Assembly (NCBI GenBank): GCA_951406725.2
Contig: OX597819.1
Span: 131,068,001-131,132,000 of the forward strand
Length of the DNA: 64,000 bases
Source of the DNA: Octopus vulgaris
Lineage: Eukaryota
Direction: 5' to 3'
This document shows, in pieces, positions 13,820 to 26,209 of this stretch. The notes below the pieces were generated by a model. The model was given only the letters and a program-made list of their open reading frames with translations. It made no database searches and was not told the DNA's origin. How positions within the stretch are numbered: position 1 is the stretch's first letter; each line of letters starts with the position of its first letter. Both the position numbers and the translations under genes were made by a program.

Positions 13820-14030
13820 TATGACCGCGTGTGTACCGTTGGCGATTGTTTCCCTCCATCTTCCCTTCTTTGGATCTTTCCTTTTCCTATGTTTCTGACG
13901 AAGAGCTCCACTCAAAACGTTAAACCCTCCTTCTTCCCTTCTTTCCTGAGCATCCAATAATACTATATTTGTTCCACATCCTCGCGTTGTTGTATTTTCT
14001 TTTTGTGTTTTAGTGTTTGGATTAACTATA
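13820..14030 (+). mobile_element. Penelope-like pLTR relic with decayed minimal hammerhead motif
   Basis: GTTT-CTGACGA-AGAGCTCCACTC-AAAA-CGT-T-AAAC at 13891-13925. Flanked by (TA)n. Confidence 0.55.
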
Positions 14031-14064
14031 TATACATATATATTTTTATATATATATATATATA

Positions 14065-14545
14065 TCATCATCATCATCATCATCATCGTTTAATGTCTGC
14101 TTTCCATGCTAGCATGGATTGGACAATATTGACTGTGGGCTGGCAAACCAGATGGCTGCACCAGGCTCCAATCTTGATCTGGCAGAGTTTCTACAGCTGG
14201 ATGCCCTTCCTAACGCCAACTACTCTGTGAGTGTAGTGGGTACTTTTTACGTGCCACTGGCACGGAAGCCAGTTGGCTACTCTGGCAACGATCACGCTCG
14301 GATGGTGCTCTTTGCACCCTACTAGCACAGGCACAAGTGCCAGTAAGGCAACGCTGGTAACGATCACGCTCGAATGGTGCCCTTTAAGTGCCACTGGCAC
14401 GGAAGCCGGTTAGCCGCTCTGTCAATGATCACGCTTGTATGCTGCTCTTTGCACCCTGCTAGCACGGCCGCCAGTCATCGAATTTGATTTTGATTTTGCT
14501 TTTGATTGAGTGATTTCACGTGCCTCAGCCGGTCTTCGCAAGCAA
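14065..14545 (-). mobile_element. RTE-type 3' tail repeat (family A), long copy
   Basis: (GAT)n tail, core and several tandem units. Extends 5' past the array. Confidence 0.85.
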
Positions 14546-14585
14546 GTATATATATATATATATATACATATATATGCATATATAT

Positions 14586-15331
14586 GTGATCTGTTCAATA
14601 AGCATCCAGACTGTTGTCATAGTAACAAAGTCAAAGCACACAGAGTGAAGCAACTAGGCAAAAATTGACCTTGAGCTCTGCTATGCATGTGCATGAAGTT
14701 TTGACATTCTAGCTCACTTCCGCTGTTTACAGCAGTGGTTGGAAGGAAGGTGTGTAGCATGTGATCAACGCATTGACCATGACAAAGAAAGTTTTCATAA
14801 TGATACTTGTTCAGAGACCTACACAAAGTTGTAGAAAGTGTATGGAGAGGAGTGTATGAGTAGTTCAGACGTTTCCGAGATGGCCGAAAAAATGTCGATA
14901 TTGATGAATATTCTGGGAGGCCTGCAGCCAGCAGAATTGAGAAAAACATCACAGATATGCTTGCAGCTGTGAGGGAAAATCGTCAAATCAATATCCGTGA
15001 GTTATCAGAGGATGTGAAGATTAGTTACGGTTCAGTTCAGTCCATTATCACTGAAGGTTTGGGTATGAGACTCATGTCTGACAAGTTTGTGACAAAACTT
15101 CTTTCAGCTGACTAACAAGACACTTGCTTTTCAGTTGCACAAAATCTCCTTGATTGTGTTGAGATCAATGAAAATCTTTGAAAACTTTGTGTAGGCCTCT
15201 GAGCAGGTATTGCCAAGATATTGCCAAAATTTTATGCAGATTTTCAGCTCATCTTTCTCCGTCATGGTCAATGCAACAATCACACGCTACACACCTTCCT
15301 TCCAAGCACTGCTGTAAACAGCAGAAGTGAG

Positions 15332-15334
<3 letters not shown>
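14586..15334 (+). mobile_element. Mariner transposon remnant, internally deleted
   Basis: Transposase N-terminus YGEECMS..RFRDGRKNVDIDEYSGRP..VRENRQINIRELSEDVKISYGSVQSII..LGM..KFVTKLL (WVPxxL-type motif). Long subterminal inverted repeat, 14709-14790 versus 15252-15334. Confidence 0.8.
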
Positions 15335-15376
<42 letters not shown>

Positions 15377-15379
15377 GTA

Positions 15380-15599
15380 TGTGGTGTGAGGCTGAAAAGT
15401 TTCTGGTTTTATGAGCATCACAAAAGGCCTGATCGGAGGCCCAATCTTGCGAGTTCTTTTGCAGGGTTTAGAAAAACTGAAGGACTGCTGCAATAAGTGT
15501 GTGAATCTGAGAGGGGAATATGTTGAATAAAAATCATAATTAGCAGATCTTCCTGTATTTTCTTTCACCCAAAGCCAGGAACTTTTTAGCACCCCTTCG
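15380..15599. mobile_element. Short mariner-derived MITE
   Basis: Ends GCTGAAAAGTTTCTGGTTTT / AAAGCCAGGAACTTTTTAGC. Internal sequence resembles a mariner transposase C-terminus (CVNLRGEYVE). Confidence 0.65.
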
Positions 15600-15619
15600 T
15601 ATATATATATGTATATATG

Positions 15620-15805
15620 TTTGGAATTTACAAAAAAACAAAAGACAAAGACAGGTGTGTAAACAACAAAGACGTGTATTAGTTTAACACTGAGGAAGGT
15701 GAGAATGTCTTTTACATTTCGAGCCTACGCTCTTCAACGGAAAGGAACACAAGAAAATAAACAGAGAGAGAATAAAAAAAGAAGGCTTTAGTAGCTAGCA
15801 GTCAA
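15620..15805 (-). mobile_element. Penelope-like pLTR relic with degenerate hammerhead motif
   Basis: Minus strand CTTT-CCGTTGA-AGAGCGTAGGCTC-GAAA-TGT-A-AAAG at 15709-15744. (TA)n flanks. Confidence 0.45.
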
Positions 15806-15807
15806 TC

Positions 15808-15840
15808 ATATATATATATATATATGTGTGTGTATGTGTG

Positions 15841-15930
<90 letters not shown>

Positions 15931-15978
15931 CAGACAGATAGATAGATAGATAGATAGATGTGTGTGTGTGTGTGTGTG
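15808..15978. repeat. Compound (TA)n-(GATA)n-(TG)n microsatellite
   Basis: Direct reading. Confidence 0.95.
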
Positions 15979-16950
15979 CGCCTTCATGTCTGTCCGCCAC
16001 TGCATCACAACAGGTATGGGTTTGTTTACAGCCGCATGCACAACTTAGTGGTTCGGCAAAAGAGACTGACAGAATGAATTCCAGAGTCAAAAAATAAGTC
16101 CTGAGGTCAATTTGTTCAACCAAAACTTCCAAGGCAGTGCTCCAGCATGACCCCAGTCCAATGACTGAATCAAGTAAAAACTAAAAGATAAAAGAAATAT
16201 TGATTGAAATATCATAAATCAACTCATTAATTATTTTTAATTACTTTTCTTTTTTTCTTTTACTTTTCCTCATTCTTTATGTTTTGTATAATTCTTTTTA
16301 TCTTTTACTGGTTTCAATCATTAGACTGTGGCCATGCTGGAGTACTGAAGAACTTTTAGTCTAATGAATCAACCCCCCCAACCTCAGCACCGTTTTTCTG
16401 AGAGCCTGTTACTTATTCTGTTGATCTGTTTTGTCGAGCCACTAAGTCATGGGAATGTAAACATAGAAACACTGGTTGTCAAGTGGTGGTGGGGGACAAA
16501 TACAGGCACAAAGACACACACACACACATACGCACATACACATACACATGTGCACACACACATACACATACACACGTGCACACACACATATATGACAAGC
16601 TTCTTTCAGTTTCCATCTACCAAATCCACTCACAAGGCTTTGATTGGCCCGAGGCTACAGTAAAAGTCACTGGCCCAAGGTGCCATGCAGTGGGACTGAA
16701 CCCAGAACCATGTGGTTGGGAAGCCAGCTTTTTATCACACAGCCATGCCTGTACCTATTGTCTACTTGTTTCAGTCATTGAACTGTGGCCATGCTGGAGC
16801 ATGACTTTGAGAGATTTAGTCAAGCAAGTCAACCCCAGTCATTAATTTTTAAGGCTGGTATCTTTTGCTGGGCCACAAAGTTACAGGGATGTAAACAAAC
16901 CGACATTGGTGTTCAAACGATGCTGATGGAGAACAAATATAAACACAAAC
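15960..16950. mobile_element. Cluster of SINE family B copies: 15960-16195 (+), 16298-16752 (-), 16762-16950 (-)
   Basis: Similarity to 50462-50870. Confidence 0.75.
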
Positions 16951-17579
16951 ACACACACACACACACAGACACGCACATGCATACACACACACATGCATGC
17001 ACACACTCACACACACGTGTGTGCACGCATGCACAGAGATGGTTGGGAAAGGATTCAGATTGTGATTTTTTCCCACTGGTTGAGTGCAACCACATTTTAA
17101 AAAATCCAGAGACTCCATCGTTTGTCCAATAGCAAGAGGAGACTGATGATTGAAACCGACCTCAAGATATTACTGGTATCTGTTTACTATCTGTGGAGGA
17201 TTGATAGTTTAAAATGACCTTGCATGATGTCAAACTTTAAAAAAGAACAGATCAGAAGAATAAAAGACTTTCAAAAGAAAAAAATGACATGAAGGGTTTG
17301 AACAAGATAAGATATTATAAGATCTCCTCTTCCCCTACCCCACCCCAACTTGCATTTTTTCTTTTCTTTTTCTTCTTCATGGCATTATGTCTACCACCAC
17401 CACCACCACCACCACCACCACCACCACTTCTGAAACAGAGAAGAATTATTGCAAAAGGAAGAAATGCCTTGGTGAGCATTTCCTAACTCTGGCACATCAA
17501 ATGACATTGCAGCAAACTAATTATCATCATTAATGAGAGAGAGCTTGACAATGTCACAGCAAGTTCTCTTACCACCACA

Positions 17580-17781
17580 TCAACACACACACACACACAC
17601 GCACACACACACACACACATAGGCATAACATTTGCTTACATACATGTACATAATGTTCCCATGAACACATACATGCACATAACATATATGTATGCATAAA
17701 TGCACATATATATATATATATATATACATATACACATTACATAATGTACATATGCAAAAATTATATATATATTCATCTGAA

Positions 17782-17879
<98 letters not shown>

Positions 17880-18165
17880 CAGACATGCAAATGCATTCAC
17901 ATATACACATGCATTCACATATACACATGCACACACATACACACATGTGCTCACACACAAACACAGAGACATATAAATACACACACACTCATACACGCAT
18001 CACATGCATACACTCCATTGAACTTCTGACTCAAAGCTATAAGAAGTGAGTTGGAAGTGGAAATTCTTTCTTGAACTGCAAAAGCAAATAAAAACATGAA
18101 TTTCATTTATGAGAAAATCTTTAGTGATGTTTTGATTAATTATCATCGGCTCCAATATTCAAGAA

Positions 18166-18197
<32 letters not shown>

Positions 18198-18326
18198 ACA
18201 CGTATTTATGTATGAGTTTTTTTCTCTTCCTTTCCCCTTCCCCGCTCTCTGTATATACATACACATACAGACATACACATACATATACATACATATATAT
18301 ATATATATTTATATACACATACATAC

Positions 18327-18373
<47 letters not shown>

Positions 18374-18440
18374 CATGCATATATATGTGTGTGTGTGTGT
18401 GCATGTGCATATATGTATATATATGTGTATATATATATAT
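17580..18440. repeat. (CA)n/(TA)n microsatellite-rich region
   Basis: Direct reading. Source of the spurious IY/TH ORFs. Confidence 0.9.
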
Positions 18441-18559
18441 ATCATCATCATCATCATCATTTAGCGTCCGCTTTCCATGCTAGCATGGGTTGGACGGTTC
18501 AAGCATGGAAAGCGGACGCTAGATGATGATGATATATATGTATATATATATATACATAT

Positions 18560-19758
18560 ATATAGTAATAACAAATTTCACTGAAGAGATTTTTCCCATG
18601 TGGTGAGTTGTAGTAAACAAATATATAACAAAAGAAGGAAAATGCACAAATTTATATATTTTTAATATATTTTATAAGATAAAATATTATGATAATCTAC
18701 CGGTTTCACATTTTGATAATCATGACTGGGAAATTGGTGAAAATATTGCAACTTCATAGTATCTTAAGAAATCTTTACTCCGTATTGTTTGTATGAGAGT
18801 TTGTTTGTAAATGAACCAGCATGTGAAAAAATTTAGGGGAAGATAATCAATGACTACTATTATTTGAGATAGGGGAAGTAATTACACTTTTTTGGTGGGG
18901 TGCACTATTTTTTTAGGGTACACTTTTTAGTGAGGGTAAATTTATAGTATTTATATTATGAAGTTATAAAATCATGAATTAAAATGATGAAATAAAATAT
19001 GTACAAAGTTTGTTATGTGTTTATGAATTAAAATATTTACAAAATCCAAAATTGGTTATGTTTTCATATGCAGTATATATTTTTCAATAGATATTTTCTC
19101 TTTATTTAATTGTTCCTGTATAGAGATTGTTTCCTTGCACTGGTAGATGGGGAAAACCATGAAGTTTGGTTGGAGGAAATGAATTTGTTCCTCGCATAGT
19201 GTACTTCTCCATCTAAGTGACATCTTTGTCTGACCTTTATAGTTGTGTCCACATCCTGAGCAAGATATCACATTTTCGGATACACAAGTGAAATTGGTCT
19301 TAATTGTGAATCTCTGTTCTCATTTGAAGTGGAATTTTGAACCTGCCAGCAAGTTGGGGCATGTTCCACAATTTGGATGTTTGCATTTTTTAACTATTAG
19401 TTTCATTGCTGTTGGGTCAAGTCTCGCATTTGCCAGTATTCTTTTTAGTGATTTGGGTTGTTTTTTTTACATTTGATGAATTCACATATTTGTAGAACAT
19501 GGTTTATCTTTGGGCCCCTAGTGAGCATTGATAGATGTTGTATACCTCAATGTTTCTAGAGTTGTTGATTGATATACAGGGCAGTATTTTTAGATGAAGT
19601 GTGGGATTTTGTTTTGTTTTCCTTAATGTTTTGATAAATATTTTCTTGGCACAATTAATCTCATTATCTATAATTGAGGGTAGATAGTGTCTCTTGACTA
19701 GTGTGGTTCTAAGTTCTTGAAGCTGATGAAGGTCCTGAGTATGAGACACTATTGTATT
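18560..19758 (-). mobile_element. Decayed Penelope-like element (GIY-YIG endonuclease region and 3' end)
   Basis: Minus strand RFTIKTNFTCVSENVISCSGCGHNYKGQT..SLRWR..EQI (GIY-YIG, YIGQT-like), preceded by a Cys pair. GAAACCGGT hammerhead-type remnant at about 18698-18706. Confidence 0.7.
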
Positions 19759-19858
19759 NNNNNNNNNNNNNNNNNNNNNNNNNNNNNNNNNNNNNNNNNN
19801 NNNNNNNNNNNNNNNNNNNNNNNNNNNNNNNNNNNNNNNNNNNNNNNNNNNNNNNNNN
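19759..19858. other. Assembly gap (100 N)
   Basis: Run of 100 N. CTATTGTATT is present on both sides. Confidence 1.
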
Positions 19859-20159
19859 CTATTGTATTCCATATTGGCACTGGATGGCTTGTCTCTGGAT
19901 CATGTCAGTGGGGGGTGATTGGGGTCTGTGAGGTACTTTGCAAGCCTCATTGGGTCCTAAAAGTTTAGGTTGTGCAATTGCTGGTGAGGCAACTCTAGAA
20001 TACCCAGTCAAGAAGGAGATCATAGCAAGTATGGAAGTCACGGACATGAACCCAGTTGAAGCTAATTACATTGATGGCATTTTGCATGGGGAATGATCAG
20101 TGATTGTCTTCCTCAGTGATGAATGGACAGCCATCATCACACACGCACATGCACACTTA

Positions 20160-21175
20160 GTGTCCTGAAATTAAGGCAACCAAAGTTTCAGGCTTTAATA
20201 ACTATCAATAAATGTGATAAGATATGAAAGTTATACATCATTATGAAAGCTTAGAGCGTCTTCTTTTTGTTTCAGGCTAAATAAATTCAGATTTATAAAT
20301 TAGATAATGGCTATAGACCGAAAGAAAATCATAACCCTCCATAAACGAGGTGAAAGTAATGCCGATATAGCATAAAAAGCTTAAAATTAGATGAACAACA
20401 GTTTTCCAAACTGTCGAGAAATTTCAAGAGAGCCTGGTTCCATCACTGATCAACCTGAATGTGACTGAAAAGGAAGCGTGCGAAACCTCAACTTATCAAA
20501 AGTACCAGAGAAAAGATACAGCAAAATCCTTGTCGTTCCATCAGAAAACTGGCTGCCACAGCAAAAATAAACCAAACATTGATGTATTGAGTGCTGAAGG
20601 AGGATCTCAGGACCCAAACCTACAAGATGGTCCACCATCATCGAACAGACAGTAAACCACCAGAATGACTAACTTTGGAGTGTATCTGGCTTTGTCGAGG
20701 GCAGAGTTGTAAGTCAACATAAAAACCCACAGTCAGTTATGGTTTGGGCAGCTGTGACAGCCACTGGAAGGTTCTCCCTAGTTTTTGTGCCCTCAGGTGT
20801 TAAAATTATTGCCCAGCGATAAATTAGCATCATTCTAGAAGCTTAACTGCTTCCATAGGTGAATGAGCACTTTCAACGCACGCCTTGGAGCTTCCAACAG
20901 GACTTGGCACTATCCCAGCACCAAACAGACAAAATTGGATTCAGGAAAACATTCTGTCATTCATAGGCAAATATGAAGCCTTAATTTCAACCCATTGGAT
21001 TTTTCTGACAAGGATCCATTTTGAAGACAAGGATCTTGAGTAGTCCTCATACTTTGCTCAACACCAGGAATGGACTTCAATTCTGCAAGAACAGCTATAT
21101 GCCATGTGTGAAGCATTTGCACCTAAACTTAAGGCTGTGATTCAAAATAAATGTAATCATATTGAATAAATGTGT
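20160..21175 (+). mobile_element. Decayed Tc1/mariner (maT/DD37D-like) transposase
   Basis: QSVMVWAAVTATGRFSLVFVPSGVKI, WSFQQDLA and NPLDFS motifs. The terminal D in NPLD indicates a DDD-type catalytic triad. Confidence 0.75.
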
Positions 21176-21255
21176 TAGCGTCATAATCGTATTTCCTTTC
21201 CCATTCCATTGCAATACTTGGACCCCAAAATATCTTTTATTTTCTGTACAGTTTC

Positions 21256-21672
21256 CTATTTCTTTACTACCTACAAGGGGCTAAATGCAGAGAGGACAAA
21301 CAAGGACAGGCAAAGGGATTAAGTCGATTACATCGACCCCAGTGCGTAACTAGTACTTATTTAATCGACCCCGAAAGGATGAAAGGCAAAGTCGACCTCG
21401 ACGGAATTTAAACTCAGAACGTAACGGCAGACGAAATACCTATTTCTTTACTACCCACAAGGGGCTAAACACAGAGAGGACAAACAAGGACAGACAAATG
21501 TATTAAGTTGATTATATCGACCCCAGTGCGTAACTGGTACTTAATTTATTGACCCCAAAAGGATGAAAGGCAAAGTCGACCTCGACGGAATTTGAACTCA
21601 GAACGTAATGGCAGACAAAATACCACTAAGCATTTCGCTCGGCGTGCTAACAATTCTGCCAGCTCGCCACCT
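21256..21672 (-). mobile_element. SINE family C, head-to-tail dimer (one full and one 5'-truncated unit)
   Basis: Two adjacent units of about 185 and 230 bp, each starting TATTTCTTTACTACC on the + strand. Confidence 0.85.
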
Positions 21673-21780
21673 CTTCTGTACAGTTTCCATCAACCAAATT
21701 CACTCACAAGGCATTGATTATTTGGGCCAATAGAAGAAAACACTTGCCCAAGGTGTTCATGCAAATACTCCATATTCATG

Positions 21781-22156
21781 TGTAAATCTGTGCTTGCACA
21801 GTTAAAGTGAGACAGTGTCACGTGACAACTTGCTGGGGCTGCCTGCTGGAGCCTATGCGGCAGGTATTTAAAGGGAAAAATTTGACAAGACAGTCAGTCA
21901 CCGGCTGACACTCGCTGATGATACATCGAAGAGGCCAGGGAACAGAAGAAAGAAGACATGCACCCAACACCAGAGCTGAAGACACCTCTGAAAGGGGGGT
22001 CCCCGCCATGTCAAAACGGTAGAGGAGTAGGGGCCGAAACCGGATGTGGTTCCTCCTGATGATGTCTTGAGCTAACTGGATCCTATAAAGGAGCTGTTGT
22101 GGTAGCAGACCACAAAACACGGTTGTAATTCCTTCCTGTAAATCTGTGCTTGCACA
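21781..22156. mobile_element. Unclassified insertion bounded by a perfect 20-bp direct repeat
   Basis: TGTAAATCTGTGCTTGCACA at 21781-21800 and 22137-22156. The interior is richer in GC and CpG than the flanks. Confidence 0.55.
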
Positions 22157-22276
22157 TTTCCTATTAGACACGTGAGTGAGTGAGCTGCTTTTGAATATAG
22201 CTCCATGTGTAACCTTTATTGCATTATTTTCTTGTTGTCTGTTAAGCATCAACAGAGAGAAGTTTCTTTAATGTAT

Positions 22277-22482
22277 CTTTTACATGTCTAAGTCATCGGA
22301 CTCTGGCCATGCTGGGGCAATGCCTTGAAGAATTTTTAGTCAAATGAATTGACCCCAGTACTTATATTTTTAAGCCTGGTATTTATTTTATTGGTCTTTT
22401 TTGTGAATCCACTGGGTTACAGGGATGTAAACACACCAACACCGGTTGTCAAGCAGTGGTGGGGGACAAACACAGATTACAA

Positions 22483-22535
<53 letters not shown>

Positions 22536-22710
22536 TGAATGTATGTACATGGCGGGCTTCTTTTAGTTTCTGTCGATAAAATCCACTCACAAGGCATTGG
22601 TCAGCCTAAGGCTATTGTAGAAGATACTTTCCCAAGGTACCACACAGTGGGACTGAACCCAGAACCATGTGATTGGAAAGCAAGCTTCTTACCATACAAC
22701 TATGCCTGTG
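22277..22710 (-). mobile_element. SINE family B
   Basis: Similarity to 2752-3133. Confidence 0.8.
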
Positions 22711-23294
22711 CTTATGCATTGATATAAGAAAGAAAAAAAACTTTTATTTTTGAAGATTCTAAGACCCAGAAATATTCTAAAAATTATTTAAAGTAAAACT
22801 TGCGTAAGAGAAAATTTAACTGAAACATTTTATTACTAGATTGTACAGTTTGTGCTAAAATTTTGAATTTCAATGTTATTAAGAAGTATATAAGTGAAAA
22901 TATGAATAATCACATTTGCATTATTGACTCCACGTATCATGTCATACACGCATAAAAACACACAAGCATGTTTTTTGTGAGCATATGCTTATGGGTAATC
23001 ATGTTAAAAATCGGTTGTACATAATCAACAGTGCACTAGTTTGAGTATGTCTGTGTGTAATGTGTACATGATGAAGAGAGAAAAGCAGAAAGTGACAGCT
23101 TGTGAAAGAGTATTAGATGAGTGAAAAGGCAGTGGACAAAAAGCAGATTTATAAGCAAGATATCCATTGAAGGAGCTCTCCCCTACACACCACTCTCTAC
23201 ACAATTGTTATTATTGTTTTTATTGTTAAAGTGAAAGCATCTGACATAAAATAGAGAAATGTTTTTGTTTCACTTTTAACACGTAATACTGAAA

Positions 23295-23550
23295 TAGTGG
23301 AGAAGATATGATATTGCTATGGGCTCGCTCTAGGCAAGAAGTTGAACATTATTTTTTGCCCATGAAACTACATGGACCCTAAGTAAGGCATGTGTAAAAT
23401 TTGAATGAAATTGGTTGTGTAGTTCTCAAGTTTTAGGGAATCGTAGTGGAGAAGATATGATATTGCTATGGGCTCGCTCTAGGCAAGAAGTTGAACATTT
23501 TTTTTTGCCCATGAAACTACATGGACCCTAAGTAAGGCATGTGTAAAATT
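23295..23550. repeat. Near-perfect tandem duplication (about 107 bp, period 149)
   Basis: TAGTGGAGAAGATATG..GTGTAAAATT at 23295 and 23444. Confidence 0.9.
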
Positions 23551-23551
23551 C

Positions 23552-23691
23552 GGTACGACACAGCCTGAAACCATACCAGAACTACTACCACCATGGCTTC
23601 AAGTCGGAGACCACCTATTCGAGCTAACCGGAAGAAAGACCGGAGACGTGGCCGATGCGACAGCTAGAAAGCGGGTGGAACGCTTTTGACC
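23552..23691 (+). mobile_element. Internal fragment of the I-group LINE seen at 26511
   Basis: Close match to 26644-26775. Confidence 0.85.
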
Positions 23692-24093
23692 ACCACCATT
23701 ACTACCACCAACACCACCACCACCACCACCACCACCACCATCCAAACTGATACTGAAGAAAGAGAAGAGAGTGGATATGCTGACTAATTTTTCAGTGTTG
23801 TTTTGAACTGAAAGATCTAAAAATTAAAACGGTAAAACATCCTGCCATGTTTTACTGTGTTAGCATGCGAGGGTCTTTGTGTTTTTTCTTCTTTATCTCC
23901 CGGTTATGATATTGTGATATTTTAATTTTGATGTCATTTATACAGCATCAAAAGCTATAAGAAAAAAAATGAAATATACAGCATGTGGAGTATTATTTAT
24001 TGTCGAGCATATCACACACACAAGCAATAATGTTTATATGCCTTATGCAAATGCGTGTGCATATATATATATTTATATATACATATATATATA

Positions 24094-24883
24094 TAACTTA
24101 GAATAACTTAGAAAGGTTTTTGGCCAGTATTGGCCCAGGCCATGTCTAACTTAATAGCACCACCTGGCGAAGTCTTTCAGTTCAGGATTTGGGCACCAAG
24201 GCCCATTCGAGCAGAGAGTTATTGTTTGCGGAGACATATCCGGGTGTGGATGGTTTGTCCGGTACTGTTTGAATGAATTTGTCCAAAGACTTCTTGAATT
24301 TTGTGTGGTCAGTTTCTTTTTTGACGTGTCCTGGTGTAATGTTGAAGAGAGCGGGTCCAATTGAGGTGAAATAGTTGTGCCGTATTGTCGTTATGTGATG
24401 CGATTTAGATTTTTGTTGTGGACGGATGGCACGTGGTCCAAGCCTTGGATGCATTTTGAAGGTGATGCCAACATCATTCGGACAGTGCTGATGGAATATT
24501 TTCCACATCATACAGATAATGTAGCGTTCACGGCGTCGTTGGAGTGAATACAATTTCAGCTTCTCTAGTCTACCCCAGTAGTCAAGGTCTGACATGCCAT
24601 CTATCTTTTTTGTGATTGACCTTTGGGGAGCTTCAATTCTCATAATATTTTGTTTTGTGTAGGGAGACCACAGTGGACAGCAGTATTCAAGGTGGGGTCG
24701 GGCAAAAGTGGAGAAGAGAAGGATAATAGCGTGGGAATCTCTCGACTGGAAGGTTCTGAGAATCCAGGAACACATTCTGCGGGCCATGTCAACTTTGCTG
24801 CTTATATGTGTAGCCCAGCTTATGTTGTTGTCCACTGTTACTCCCAGGTCTCTGATGTTGTTGGATGCCATGAGAATTTCTCC
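24094..24883 (-). mobile_element. 5'-truncated CR1-like LINE with an open ORF2 C-terminus
   Basis: [74 protein letters not shown]. Duplicated TCTAAGTTAT tail. (TA)n on both sides. Confidence 0.9.
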
Positions 24884-25136
<253 letters not shown>

Positions 25137-25365
25137 CCGGAGTAAACACATAAATGTGAAACAAGGTGGAAAAAAAGAGTACTCAAATACCAGTGGTAGA
25201 GTAATATGCTTTATTTAAAGCAGCAGAAAATTCAACAAAACCTGTTACTCTGAGTTTCCCGTTGCCGTTCATCGGACAGATTCTAGCAAAAACTGTCCAA
25301 TGAACGGCAACGGAAACTCAAGTAAAGGCTTTGTTGAATTTTCTGCTGCTTTAAATAAAGTATAT
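25137..25365. mobile_element. Inverted pair of Penelope-like pLTR fragments, each with a hammerhead-like motif
   Basis: Arms of about 70 bp, 25209-25279 and 25292-25361. The minus arm reads CTGT-CCGATGA-ACGGCAACGG-GAA-ACTCAGAGT-A-ACAG. Confidence 0.6.
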
Positions 25366-25372
25366 ATATACA

Positions 25373-25674
25373 TAATCCGACTCGTGGCCGATGCCAGCAC
25401 CGCCTCGACTGGCTTCCGTGCCGGTGGCACATAAAGTACACCAATCCGACTGTGGCCGTTGCCAGCCTCACCTGGCACCTGTGCAGGTGGCACGTAAAAA
25501 GCAGCCACTACACTACGGAGTGGTTGGCGTTAGGAAGGGCATCCAGTTGTAGAAACATTGCCAGATTAGACTGGAGCCTGGTGCAGCCTTCTGGCTTCCC
25601 AGATCCCCGGTCGAACCGTCCAACCCATGCTAGCATGGAGAACGGACGTTAAACGATGATGATGATGATGATGA

Positions 25675-25678
<4 letters not shown>
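25373..25678 (+). mobile_element. RTE-type 3' tail repeat (family A)
   Basis: Tandem units, core and (GAT)n tail. Confidence 0.85.
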
Positions 25679-25726
<48 letters not shown>

Positions 25727-26209
25727 GTATATGTATATGTATATATATCCAAATAAGCAACAAGTATATCCGAGGTAGAGTGGTACAATTGTTTCATGCT
25801 ACTTCATTTTATTAAACACTGTAAGTATTACATCAGTTTTAAAATGTCGAGCAATCTTCAGCCACTTATAGAAATTTTCCAATCAAACGGACAATGCACA
25901 TTCTTATCTCTATTTCGTTTGTCAACATTTGGATATATATATATCTATATCATCATCATCATCATTATTTTTGCTTAATGCCTGCTTTTCCATGCTTGCC
26001 TGATTGAGATAGATAGCCCTTTTCTCACCATTGATGGTGAATAGAAGAGAAACTTGCCCACTTGGGTAACTGCCAGTCTTTCTCAAAACTTTTGGCTCAC
26101 AGCTGCACCACATATGCATGCAGAAAGCTACCATTGACAGAGACTCCCTCCCACTAACAATGTTTATATGGCTTAAACAAATATATATATATTTATATAT
26201 ATTTATATA

